64,000 bases of DNA from Myxococcales bacterium (GTDB lineage: Bacteria; Myxococcota_A; UBA9042; JABWCM01; BTVJ01): positions 362,643-426,642 of the forward strand of contig BTVJ01000001.1 of the NCBI GenBank assembly GCA_045863395.1, in the 5' to 3' direction. The position numbers were made by a program, and so were the translations under genes. Each line of letters begins with the position of its first letter. Positions within the stretch are counted from its first letter, which is position 1. The notes under the pieces were generated by a model that saw nothing but the letters and a program-made list of their open reading frames with translations, made no database searches and had not been told where the DNA came from. This document shows, piece after piece, positions 20,291 to 29,683 of the stretch.

Positions 20291-22039
20291 ATGAACATGC
20301 GCACTCTGGCAATGACAGCGCTCGCGATGGGGCTTGCGACTGCCTGCGCGTCCGAGTCGACTGACAGCGATACGGGCGGGATTGGCACTGACACGCAGGT
20401 CGCTGACTCCGGCTCCGGGGACGGTGACAGTGGCGCGGGGAGCGACATACAGGGCGGAGACGACACGGCGACGGGCGACGACACCGCCATGGACGTCGGC
20501 GGGGACACGGGCGCGCCCGAAGACGTCGGTGGAGACACGGGCGGCGGATCCGGTGCCGTCGTGATCAACGAGGTCGCTCCCAACCCCGTGGCTCCGGGCG
20601 AGGACTGGGTCGAGCTTTTCAACCCGGGCAGCGTGGCGGTCGACATCTCGGGGTGGACGATGACGGACGACGACCCGCTGCACATCTACGAGTTCCCGGC
20701 GGGCACGGTCGTTCAGCCCGGCGCGTACCTGCTCCTGAACAGGGGCGAGATCGGCTCCTTCGACTTCGGTTTGGGGACAGACGACGCGGTGTTCCTCTAC
20801 TCGGGGAGCAAGAACCTCGAGGCGTTCTCCGACTGGGGCGATGGCGACGCACCCCAGGGGGCGAGCTGGGGTCGCTTCCCGAATGGCTCCGGCCCATTCA
20901 AGACCCTGCTGACCCCGACCCCGGGCGCGGCCAACGTGGACTCGGCGCAGCCCGTCTGCAGCAACGACCTCATCGAGTTTGGCGAGGTCTGTGACGGTAC
21001 GGACCTTGGCGACGCGACCTGCGAGGGCCTGGGCTTCGTCGGCGGCACGCTCGCGTGCGCCTCGGACTGCTCCGCCCTGAGCACGGCCGGGTGTACCCTC
21101 GCTCCGGGCTCCGTGGTGGTGAACGAGGTGGTCGCTGCCGACGGCGCTGGGGGGCCTGACTGGATCGAGCTGAAGAACGTCGGTAGCGCCGCCGTTGACC
21201 TCGGTGGCTGGGCCGTGACCGACTCGGATCCGGTCCACGTGGCGACCATCCCAGCAGGGACCGTTCTGGAGGCGGGGTCCTATCTGCTGCTGATTCAAGA
21301 CGAACCCGGGTCCTTTGCGTTTGGCCTTGGCAGCGCGGACGCCGTCAACCTCCACAACGCGAAAGGTGAGCTGACCAGCACCACGAGCTGGGTGAGCGGT
21401 CAGGCGCCCACCGGCGCGAGCTGGGGCAGGTACCCGGACGGCACGGGCGCCTTCATGACGCTCACCTCACCGACGCCCGGAGCGGCCAACGTAGAGAACG
21501 TCGCTGCCACCTGCAACAACGACCTCATCGAGTTCGGCGAGCTGTGCGATGGCGCCTCGCTGGGAGGCACCACGTGCCAGTCCGTGGGCTTCGACGACGG
21601 AGACCTGGCGTGCAACGCCACGTGCGATGGCTACGACACGTCGGACTGCACACTGCCCGCAGACGGTGTCGTGATCAACGAGGTCACCTCGTCGGGCGAC
21701 GACCAGATCGAGATCTACAATGGGGGCAGCGCTCCGGCGAGCCTCGCCGGGTGGCAGGTCACGGATGACGCTCCCGAGGCCCCCGACCACACCTTCACCC
21801 TCCCATCGGGAACGACGCTGGCTCCTGGAGCCTACCTGGTCCTCACGAAGGGAACGCACCACATCTTCGGTCTTGGCGCGAGTGACGCTGTGCGCCTCGT
21901 CGATTCTCAGGGAACGTTGAAGAACGTGGTCGCCTGGACCAGCGGTCAGGCCGAGGTCTCCTACTGTCGCATCCCCAATGGCGCGGGCGCGTTCAAGCCA
22001 TGTACCGTCGCGACGTTCGGGAGCGCCAACATCCCCTGA
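20291..22039 (+). CDS. Lipoprotein with three lamin-tail domains and two Cys-rich repeats
   Basis: Lipobox LATA-C, D/G/T tether; three VVINEV...DWxEL/DQIEI...LxGW LTD units; two CxNDLIEFGExCDG...GxLAC...C repeats. Confidence 0.85.
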   Translation: MNMRTLAMTALAMGLATACASESTDSDTGGIGTDTQVADSGSGDGDSGAGSDIQGGDDTATGDDTAMDVGGDTGAPEDVGGDTGGGSGAVVINEVAPNPVAPGEDWVELFNPGSVAVDISGWTMTDDDPLHIYEFPAGTVVQPGAYLLLNRGEIGSFDFGLGTDDAVFLYSGSKNLEAFSDWGDGDAPQGASWGRFPNGSGPFKTLLTPTPGAANVDSAQPVCSNDLIEFGEVCDGTDLGDATCEGLGFVGGTLACASDCSALSTAGCTLAPGSVVVNEVVAADGAGGPDWIELKNVGSAAVDLGGWAVTDSDPVHVATIPAGTVLEAGSYLLLIQDEPGSFAFGLGSADAVNLHNAKGELTSTTSWVSGQAPTGASWGRYPDGTGAFMTLTSPTPGAANVENVAATCNNDLIEFGELCDGASLGGTTCQSVGFDDGDLACNATCDGYDTSDCTLPADGVVINEVTSSGDDQIEIYNGGSAPASLAGWQVTDDAPEAPDHTFTLPSGTTLAPGAYLVLTKGTHHIFGLGASDAVRLVDSQGTLKNVVAWTSGQAEVSYCRIPNGAGAFKPCTVATFGSANIP

Positions 22040-22068
22040 AGGCCTGCGGTGTGCTCAGCCCTCCTCGA

Positions 22069-22084
22069 TGTTTCACGTGAAACG
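22069..22084. promoter_or_regulatory. parS: parS centromere-like site 1
   Basis: TGTTTCACGTGAAACG, 15/16 match to the consensus TGTTTCACGTGAAACA. Confidence 0.9.
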
Positions 22085-22125
22085 CCGCGCTCGCGACGCC
22101 GCAAGTACGCTGGCGTGAACACGAG

Positions 22126-22141
22126 CGTTTCACGTGAAACA
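22126..22141. promoter_or_regulatory. parS: parS centromere-like site 2
   Basis: CGTTTCACGTGAAACA, 15/16 match to the parS consensus; same intergenic gap as site 1. Confidence 0.9.
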
Positions 22142-22155
22142 ATCCCGGAGGCGCC

Positions 22156-23778
22156 TCAGCTCTGGGCGGGTCGGATCGGAAGCAGCAGGATGAACTCGGC
22201 GCCTTCGCCCTCGACGCTCGCGCAGCGGACGGCCCCGCCGTGCTCCTGCACGATCTGCTGGACCAGCGCCAGCCCGAGCCCCGTGCCTGTGCGCTTGGAT
22301 GAGTAGAAGGGGTCGAAGATCTTGTCGCGCAGGTCAGCGGAGATTCCAACACCGTTGTCGGCGATGCGGACCTCGACGCCCGCGTCCACGTGCCGCGCGG
22401 TGACGCGAATGGTGCCCTGGTCACGGCGCGCCTCCCGGATGGCCTCCGCAGCGTTTCGCACGATGTTCAGCAGGGCCTGGCGAATCTGGTTCTCATCGAG
22501 GAGCAGCGGGGGTACGGGGTCGAGGTCCTCGATGACCTCGATGTTGCTGCCGCGCAGCTCCTCTCTCATGAACGTCAGCAGGCTCCGCGTGATGGCGACG
22601 AGGTCCTCCACCTCGAGCTCTGGCTTGGGGAGCTTGGCGAAGCGCAGGTACTGCTCGGTCACGTCCGTGAGCCTGTCGACCTCCTTGCCGATGGCCTGGA
22701 GGAGCGCGACCGACTCCTGAACCTCGACCCCCTCCAAGCTGCGCAGGTCCTCCTCGATGAGCTCGGCGTTCAGGCCTATGGACGACAGGGGGTTCCGCAG
22801 CTCGTGCGTGATCTGGGCGCTCATCTTCCCGATGGTCGCAAGGCGCTCTGCGCGAAGCAGCTCCTCCCGCTGAGCGGCCAACATACGATCACGCTCCTGA
22901 AGGCTCGCAGCCATGCGGTTGAACTCTGTCGCGAGCTGCCCGATCTCGTCGTGTCCGCCGACGCGCACCACCTGTCCGTAGTCGCCGCGGGAGACGGTTC
23001 GCACGCCCTCGATGAGGCTCGTGACGCGGCGAATGGCGAGGTGGGTGAGGAGCATCACAAGGAGGCTCACGACCAGCGCCAGGCTGGAGACGAGCAGCAC
23101 GTTGAGCATCGAGCGCTCCTCGTCGTCGGCCGCCCTCGCGTGGATCGCGTCCACCGCCTGCTCCAGCTCGCGTTGCAGGACCACGACGTCCTTTCTCAGC
23201 AGCCGCAAGATGGTCCGCAGACCGGTCTGGACGTGCCCCGCCGCTTCGGGGCGCCCCTCATTGACGAGCTGAACGAAGGACTTGGCGTAGGCCTCGTAGA
23301 CCAGCTCATTGCTGTACGGTGGAGAGAGCCTGGCCAGCACGGTCTCAAGCACGACGCGCTGTGTCTCCTCCGCTCGGAGCGCCTCAACGACCTCGGTCCC
23401 ATCGCGGAGCCTCAACACCCGCTCACCGATGCTGCGCGCCATCTGCTGATCGATGGCCTCGAGGTGGATCCGGTCCGTCATGCGGTCCACGCTGTCGGAG
23501 AGGCGCCCGATCTGCTCGAAGGGCTTGAGGCGTGGCAGGTAGCTTCGCTGCCACTCCAGGTCCGTCTGGCGCCTGCGCTCCAGGGCCTCACTGAAGCCCC
23601 GGAGGCTCTGGCTCAGCTCGCGAGCCCGGTCGACGACCGGCAGGACCCCGGCGCGGATGAAGACGATGTTCTCTCGTAGGGACGCGATTCGAAGCAGACC
23701 GTAGACGCTCGACAGGCCGAACGTGGCGATGACGACCGCGAAGCCCAGGAACACCTTCGTGGAGATGCTCAGGCGCAC
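22156..23778 (-). CDS. HAMP-domain sensor histidine kinase (NtrB-like)
   Basis: Two TMs, HAMP DEIGQLATEFNRM, H-box ITHELRNPL, N-box NIVRNA, DNGVG, GTGLGL. Confidence 0.92.
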   Translation of the reverse strand: MRLSISTKVFLGFAVVIATFGLSSVYGLLRIASLRENIVFIRAGVLPVVDRARELSQSLRGFSEALERRRQTDLEWQRSYLPRLKPFEQIGRLSDSVDRMTDRIHLEAIDQQMARSIGERVLRLRDGTEVVEALRAEETQRVVLETVLARLSPPYSNELVYEAYAKSFVQLVNEGRPEAAGHVQTGLRTILRLLRKDVVVLQRELEQAVDAIHARAADDEERSMLNVLLVSSLALVVSLLVMLLTHLAIRRVTSLIEGVRTVSRGDYGQVVRVGGHDEIGQLATEFNRMAASLQERDRMLAAQREELLRAERLATIGKMSAQITHELRNPLSSIGLNAELIEEDLRSLEGVEVQESVALLQAIGKEVDRLTDVTEQYLRFAKLPKPELEVEDLVAITRSLLTFMREELRGSNIEVIEDLDPVPPLLLDENQIRQALLNIVRNAAEAIREARRDQGTIRVTARHVDAGVEVRIADNGVGISADLRDKIFDPFYSSKRTGTGLGLALVQQIVQEHGGAVRCASVEGEGAEFILLLPIRPAQS

Positions 23779-23782
23779 GGGC

Positions 23783-25279
23783 TCAGGAGCCGGGCGACCA
23801 ACGCAGGACGGGCTGGCGCGCGGCCCGGGCTTCGTCCATGCGCCGCACCGCCGTTCGCGTAGGCGCCTCATGCAGCGCGTCGGGAGCCTCGGCCGCCTCT
23901 GCGGCGATGGCATTCAGCGCGTCGACCAGCTCATCCAGCGCTGCAACGGGCTCCGACTCGGTCGGCTCGATCATCATCGCGCCGGGGACACAGAGCGGGA
24001 AGTACACCGTGGGGGGGTGAAAGCCGTAGTCGATGAGCCGCTTGGCCACATCCATGGTCTTCACGCCGAGCGGCTGGAGCAGCTTGTCCGAGACGACGCA
24101 CTCGTGCATGCACAAGCGATCATAGGGCACGTGGTAGGTGCCGCGCAGTCGCGCAAGGACGTAGTTCGCATTGGCGACCGCCATCTCGGTGACCTGGCGC
24201 AGCCCCCTCGGCCCATACTCGCGGATGTACGTGTAGGCCCGCACGAGCATCCCGAAGTTGCCGAAGAAGGCCTTCACCCTCCCAACGGACAGTGGGCGAT
24301 CGAAGGACAAGCGCCAGGACGCGCTCGTGTCGTCCCGCTCGATGCGCGGGGTGGGGAGGTACGGCTCGAGCCGCCCGACCACCCCGACGGGCCCAGCGCC
24401 CGGACCGCCGCCACCGTGAGGGGTGGAGAAGGTCTTGTGCAGGTTGAAGTGCATCACGTCCACGCCCATGTCGCCGGGGCGCGCCCTGCCCAGGAGCGAG
24501 TTCAGGTTCGCCCCGTCGTTGTAGACCAGGCCGCCCTTGTCGTGAACGATGGAGGCGATGGTCCCCAGGTTCTCCTCGAAGAGTCCCAGCGTGTTGGGGT
24601 TCGTGACCATGATGCCAGCGGTGTCCGCATCCATCGCCTCGAGGACGACCTGCGGCGACACCACACCGCGTTCGTTGGACGGGAGCTGCACCACGTCGTA
24701 GCCGTTGAGGGCGCAGCTCGCGGGGTTCGTGCCGTGGGCCGTGTCCGGGATGAGCATCTTCCTGCGCGGCGCCCCATCGCGCTCGATGAGGAAGCGCCGC
24801 ATGACGCGAACGCCCGTCCACTCCCCGTGGGCGCCGGCGGCGGGCTGCAACGACACCGCCGCCATGCCGCTGATCTCCGCCAGGTGACGCTCCAGCTCCC
24901 ACATGAGCTCCAGGGCGCCCTGAACCCAAGCGTGCGGCAGATAGGGGTGCAGGTGAGCAAAACCCGGCAGCCGAACCGTCTCCTCGTTGACGCGCGGGTT
25001 GTACTTCATCGTGCACGAGCCCAGTGGATACAGACCCAGGTCGATGGAGTAGTTCTGCGTGCTCAAGCGCGTGAAGTGGCGGATGACGTCCACCTCGCTG
25101 ACCTCGGGAAGCGCCGGCCTCTGCCCGCGACGATGGCGGGTCGGGATGGCTCCCACCGCTGCCTCCGCATCCGACGGCTCCGGGGGAAGGGAGAAGCCGA
25201 CCCGGCCCTCGCGGGAGCGCTCGAAGATCGGGGCCTCCCGCAGCGTGAGGCCAGTGGTCGCGCGATCATAGATGCCCAT
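23783..25279 (-). CDS. gcvPB: Glycine dehydrogenase (decarboxylating) subunit 2
   Basis: YPLGSCTMKYNP, AGAHGE, AHGTNPAS, PLP-lysine motif HFNLHKTFSTPHGGGGPG, MIEPTESE. Confidence 0.93.
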   Translation of the reverse strand: MGIYDRATTGLTLREAPIFERSREGRVGFSLPPEPSDAEAAVGAIPTRHRRGQRPALPEVSEVDVIRHFTRLSTQNYSIDLGLYPLGSCTMKYNPRVNEETVRLPGFAHLHPYLPHAWVQGALELMWELERHLAEISGMAAVSLQPAAGAHGEWTGVRVMRRFLIERDGAPRRKMLIPDTAHGTNPASCALNGYDVVQLPSNERGVVSPQVVLEAMDADTAGIMVTNPNTLGLFEENLGTIASIVHDKGGLVYNDGANLNSLLGRARPGDMGVDVMHFNLHKTFSTPHGGGGPGAGPVGVVGRLEPYLPTPRIERDDTSASWRLSFDRPLSVGRVKAFFGNFGMLVRAYTYIREYGPRGLRQVTEMAVANANYVLARLRGTYHVPYDRLCMHECVVSDKLLQPLGVKTMDVAKRLIDYGFHPPTVYFPLCVPGAMMIEPTESEPVAALDELVDALNAIAAEAAEAPDALHEAPTRTAVRRMDEARAARQPVLRWSPGS

Positions 25280-25415
25280 CGTTCACCCTCGGTTCATGGA
25301 CGCTCCGCGACCCCCCCGACACGTGCCCACGATAGAACAAAGGCCGGCTCCGCACCATGCGAGACCGGCCTCCTGCAACACTCACGCTGGCGCTGGGAGC
25401 GCTCAGAGTAACCGT

Positions 25416-26495
25416 CTACTCCACGCTCTTCTCGATCTTGGCCTCGGCCCGCAGCTCCTCCAGGAGCCGCCGTCGCTCCTGGAAGAACTTCTTGTTCTTC
25501 AGGCTCTCCTCGATCTGGGGTCGCACCTCGTCGAAGGTCTTCTGCTTGTCCTCGCGCCGCTCGTACACCTTGATGATGTGGAAGCCGAAGCGAGTCCGCA
25601 CGGGCTCGCTCACCTCGCCGATCTTCAGCTTGAAGGCGACCTCCTCGAAGGGCTGCACCATCTGGCCCTTGCTGAAGAAGCCCAGGTCCCCGCCCTTGTC
25701 GGCGCTCGGGCCCTGGCTCTCCACCTTCGCGAGATCCTCGAAGGACTCGCCTCCCTTGATGCGCGCAGAGAGGGCCTGTGCCTTGGTGAGCGCCTCCTTC
25801 TCCTGCTCCGGGGTCGCGTTCTGCTCGAGCTTGATCAGGATGTGGCTCGCCTTGACCCCCTCCCGCTCCCGGTAGAAGCGCTGGTTCTTGTCGTAGAACT
25901 CCCGCGCCTCCGCCTCCGTGATCGTCAGGTTGCCCTTCTTCTCGATGAGCTTCTCCAGGGCCCGCTTGTCGAGGATGCGGTCCTTGATGCTCTGCTCGGT
26001 GATGTTGCCGTGCTTCAGGTAGTTCTGGAACTGCTCGTCGTTCTTGAAGCGGTCGCGGTACTCCTTGAAGGCAACGTCCACCTCCTCGGGCGGAACCGTG
26101 ATGGCCTCCTTCTCGACCGCTTGCCGCACCAGCTCCCCCTCGATGAGGCGCTTGAGGATGTTCTCCTTGATGCGCTGGAGGCGGTCCTCTGGGATCTCCG
26201 CCCCCGTCTTCGTGACCTTCTGCAGCTCGGCGTTGTACTCGTCCGGCGGGATGGGCTTTCCGTTCACCGTCGCGACTGGCCCCGTCGCCGCGGCGACCGG
26301 CGGGGTGGCCACGGAACCAGTGCCAGCATCCGCGCCGGCGGCGGGAGTACCACTCGGCTGCGGAGCTGCAGGCGCCGGCCCCTTGGCGGCGGGCGCCCCT
26401 CCCGAGGGCGCCGGGGCCGGCTCGTCCTTCTTGCACCCGGCCCCCAGGCCGACGGCGAACAACAGGGCCAGGGCCCCGGCGGACATCCGCTTCAT
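25416..26495 (-). CDS. Parvulin-type peptidyl-prolyl isomerase lipoprotein (SurA/PrsA-like)
   Basis: Lipobox LGAG-C, VATVNG, ASHILIK, GGDLGFF, FGFHIIKV. Confidence 0.9.
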   Translation of the reverse strand: MKRMSAGALALLFAVGLGAGCKKDEPAPAPSGGAPAAKGPAPAAPQPSGTPAAGADAGTGSVATPPVAAATGPVATVNGKPIPPDEYNAELQKVTKTGAEIPEDRLQRIKENILKRLIEGELVRQAVEKEAITVPPEEVDVAFKEYRDRFKNDEQFQNYLKHGNITEQSIKDRILDKRALEKLIEKKGNLTITEAEAREFYDKNQRFYREREGVKASHILIKLEQNATPEQEKEALTKAQALSARIKGGESFEDLAKVESQGPSADKGGDLGFFSKGQMVQPFEEVAFKLKIGEVSEPVRTRFGFHIIKVYERREDKQKTFDEVRPQIEESLKNKKFFQERRRLLEELRAEAKIEKSVE

Positions 26496-26675
26496 CTCCG
26501 AGTCTCCTTCTAGATGACGCACCTGCTGGGATCGCGCACGCCGCTCGCTGTGAGCCCGCGTCAGAGGCGTGTTGAGGCGCTCCCTGCCAGAAGCGTCGCT
26601 ACACAGCCAACGGTGAGGAACGACCGCGCCTCTGTCGAAGATCTCAGCAAATGTGCGACAAACCGCTGGCGGCCC

Positions 26676-26703
26676 ATTCTATTGACCCACCACATGCTGT
26701 CAA
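26676..26703 (-). promoter_or_regulatory. Sigma70-like promoter with overlapping TTGAC-N12-GTCAA inverted repeat
   Basis: Minus strand TTGACA-N16-TAGAAT upstream of the PPIase gene. Confidence 0.5.
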
Positions 26704-26712
26704 CTGACGGGG

Positions 26713-27837
26713 TCACACCACCACCAGATCATCCCGGTGGATGACCTCATCTACCGTTCGGTATCCGAGCCGCGCCTCGATCTGATCGGTCCTGCAGCCC
26801 TGGATGGCTCGGACCTCGACGGCGCCGTAGGCGGACAGGCCCCGCGCGAACACCTCCCGCTCCAGCGAGCACACCTCCACCAGCGCCCCCGGCTCGAAGT
26901 CCCCCTCTACCCCGACGATCCCGGACGGCAGCAGGCTCTTTCCGTTCTCGCGCACGGCGCGCTCCGCCCCGTGGTCCACGACGAGGCGCCCCTGTGCCTT
27001 CAGGGTGTATCCGATCCAGTGCTTGCGCGCCCCGAGACGATCTTGCGAGGGGAGGAACAGCGTCCCGACGTCGACCCCCGCCAGGATGTCTCCGACGATG
27101 CCGCGCTGCTTCCCGCTCGCGATCACCGCGGGGATCCCCTGGTGGGCAGCCGCGCGGGCGGCCTGCACCTTGGTCGCCATGCCGCCGGTCCCGACGCTCG
27201 AGACCCCCGAGCCGGCCATGCGCAACACGTCGGGCCCCACCCGGTCGACCAGCGACACCAGCCGCGCGTCGGCATGAGCCCGCGGGTCCCGGTCATAGAG
27301 CCCCAGATCGACCGTCAGCATGATCAGGAGGTCCGCGTCCACGAGGTTCGCCACCTGGGCCGACAAGGCGTCGTTGTCGCCGAACCGGATCTCGTCGACC
27401 GCCACCGTGTCGTTCTCGTTGACCACCGGGACTGCGTGAAACCCATGGATCGCACCGAAGGCATGTCGGGCGTTGAGGTAGCGCGTGCGGTTCGCCAGAT
27501 CCGCGTGGGTGAGCAGCACCTGCGCCACGGGCACGCCGAACCGGCCGAGGGACTCTCGCCACGCCCGCATGAGCTGCGCCTGCCCGAGGGCGGCCAGCGC
27601 CTGCCTCTGGGCGATGGTCGCGGGCTTGCGCGGCAGGCCCAGCTCCTGCATGCCGAGCGCGACCGCCCCCGAGGAGACCACCGTGACCTCGACTCCCGCC
27701 CGGTGCAGTCCGGCGACCTCCTCGGTCAGGGCGTCGAGGGTCTCACGGTCCAGCCCGCCCCCGCCCGGGAGCGTCATGACGGCGCTCCCGAGCTTGATGA
27801 CGATGCGGTGGGTCTGGCCAAGGGTCGCGCGTGGCAT
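26713..27837 (-). CDS. proB: Glutamate 5-kinase
   Basis: IVIKLGS, VSSGAV, VNENDTV, FGDND, GTGGMATK, C-terminal PUA domain. Confidence 0.95.
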   Translation of the reverse strand: MPRATLGQTHRIVIKLGSAVMTLPGGGGLDRETLDALTEEVAGLHRAGVEVTVVSSGAVALGMQELGLPRKPATIAQRQALAALGQAQLMRAWRESLGRFGVPVAQVLLTHADLANRTRYLNARHAFGAIHGFHAVPVVNENDTVAVDEIRFGDNDALSAQVANLVDADLLIMLTVDLGLYDRDPRAHADARLVSLVDRVGPDVLRMAGSGVSSVGTGGMATKVQAARAAAHQGIPAVIASGKQRGIVGDILAGVDVGTLFLPSQDRLGARKHWIGYTLKAQGRLVVDHGAERAVRENGKSLLPSGIVGVEGDFEPGALVEVCSLEREVFARGLSAYGAVEVRAIQGCRTDQIEARLGYRTVDEVIHRDDLVVV

Positions 27838-27844
27838 GCTCCGC

Positions 27845-29128
27845 TCAGACCTCCACGCGCTGGATGGCCGCGCCGAGCGCTCGAAGCTTCTCGTCGATGC
27901 GCTCGTAGCCGCGGTCGATCTGGCGGATGTTGTAGATGTGGCTCTCCCCCTTGGCGCACAGGCTCGCGATGAGCAGCGCCATGCCAGCGCGCACATCGGG
28001 GCTCTCCACCCTGCCACCGAAGAGCTGGCTCGGCCCAGCCACGACGACCCGGTGCGGATCGCACAGGATGATGCTGGCGCCCATGCTGATCAGGTTGTCC
28101 ACGAAGAACATGCGGCCGTCGAACATCTTCTCGAAGAACAGGACCGTCCCGTGCGCCTGCGTCGCGACCGTGATCACGATGCTCATCAGGTCCGTGGGGA
28201 ACGCCGGCCACGGCGCGTCGTCGATCTTCGGGATGGCCCCCTGGAGGTCCGGCTGCACGCGGAGCGTCTGCCCTCCAGGCACGAAGACCCAGTCCGGCCC
28301 CCGCTCGAGCGCCACGCCGAGCCGCTCGAAGACCTTGACGATCATGCGCATGTCCCCCTGCCGCACGCCGTTGACGCGCAGCCCGTCCCCGATGATCGCG
28401 CCGAGGCCGATGAAGCTGCCGATCTCCAAGTAGTCGGGCCCGATGGTGAACTCCGCACCGTGGAGGCTCTCGACCCCTTCGATGACCAGCGAGTTCGTGC
28501 CGATGCCCTCGATGTGCGCCCCCATGCTCACCAGCAGGTGACAGAGCCCCTGCACGTGCGGCTCGCAGGCCGCGTTCTGGAGCGTCGTCGTGCCCTCGGC
28601 CAGCACCGCGGCCATCACCAGGTTCTCCGTCGCCGTCACGCTCTGCTCGTCGAGGAAGATGGACGCCCCCCTCAGCCGCCCCGGCGACCGCAGGTGGTAG
28701 AGCCGGTCCAGCTCGAAGGACGCCCCGAGCTCGCGCAGGCCGATGAAGTGCGTATCCAGCCGGCGCCGGCCGATGACGTCACCCCCGGGAGGTGGCAGAT
28801 CGACGCCGTGGAGCCGCGCCAGGAGCGGCCCAGCGAAGAGGATCGAGGCCCTGATGCGCTGGCACAGCTCCTCGCTCAGGCGCCGCCGCTCGATGTCTGC
28901 GGCCTCGATGATCACCGTGTTCGCCGAGGGCCGCGACACCCGCGCACCAAGGGCCTCGATGACCTGCAGCATCACGCCGACGTCCTTGATGTTCGGGACG
29001 TTGTGCAGGGTCACCGGGCCCGCCGTCAGCAGCGCAGCGGCCAGCGCCGGGAGCGCCTCGTTCTTGTTGCCGCTCGGCGTCACCTCGCCGCTGAGACGGC
29101 GACCACCTTCGATGATGAACTTCTCCAT
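27845..29128 (-). CDS. murA: UDP-N-acetylglucosamine 1-carboxyvinyltransferase
   Basis: SGNKNEALP, IRASILF, PPGGDVIGRR (Asp at the catalytic Cys position), FPTDL, DVRAG, IDRGYE. Confidence 0.95.
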   Translation of the reverse strand: MEKFIIEGGRRLSGEVTPSGNKNEALPALAAALLTAGPVTLHNVPNIKDVGVMLQVIEALGARVSRPSANTVIIEAADIERRRLSEELCQRIRASILFAGPLLARLHGVDLPPPGGDVIGRRRLDTHFIGLRELGASFELDRLYHLRSPGRLRGASIFLDEQSVTATENLVMAAVLAEGTTTLQNAACEPHVQGLCHLLVSMGAHIEGIGTNSLVIEGVESLHGAEFTIGPDYLEIGSFIGLGAIIGDGLRVNGVRQGDMRMIVKVFERLGVALERGPDWVFVPGGQTLRVQPDLQGAIPKIDDAPWPAFPTDLMSIVITVATQAHGTVLFFEKMFDGRMFFVDNLISMGASIILCDPHRVVVAGPSQLFGGRVESPDVRAGMALLIASLCAKGESHIYNIRQIDRGYERIDEKLRALGAAIQRVEV

Positions 29129-29149
29129 GGTGAGACCTCGTGCGGGGGC

Positions 29150-29683
29150 TCAGCGGCCGCCGCGTCGCGCGGGCCTGCTGCCTCCCAGGCGGCTCAGCAC
29201 CTGGGACAGAAGGCCCTCCACGTTCTCCAACCAGGCGTAGGGCGTCGTGACCACGAGCTTCTCCAGCCGGCCGTCGGCGAGGCCCAGCTCGATGTGGCTG
29301 CTCAGGTCGGTCGGCTGCGACCCCTGGCGGAGCTGAAGCCGCTTCGGGTCGAGCTCCTTCCACAGGAGCCTCACCTCGCGGCCGCGCTCCCGCCACCGCA
29401 GCGCGTCGCTCTCGATGATCACGCCGCTCATGACACAGAACGCCCGCCATCTCGCAAGAAAATAAACGAGAGCAAGCGTCAGAACGCCGTAAATGACAGG
29501 AAATGCCATCAGAGCGCCCTGAAGTCCGCCGATTCGGACGACTGTAAAGGCGAAGTACGCCCACACGACCACCTGCATGATGATCAGGAAGCCCACCAGC
29601 CGCCCGTTGAGCCGGTAGCGGAACCGCCGGTCATCGGCCGTCGCCGCCCAGGACGCCCAGAAGTCGCCAGCTCCCACACTCAT
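29150..29683 (-). CDS. Hypothetical membrane protein (two TMs plus small soluble domain)
   Basis: Start overlaps the recF stop; two hydrophobic segments. Confidence 0.6.
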   Translation of the reverse strand: MSVGAGDFWASWAATADDRRFRYRLNGRLVGFLIIMQVVVWAYFAFTVVRIGGLQGALMAFPVIYGVLTLALVYFLARWRAFCVMSGVIIESDALRWRERGREVRLLWKELDPKRLQLRQGSQPTDLSSHIELGLADGRLEKLVVTTPYAWLENVEGLLSQVLSRLGGSRPARRGGR

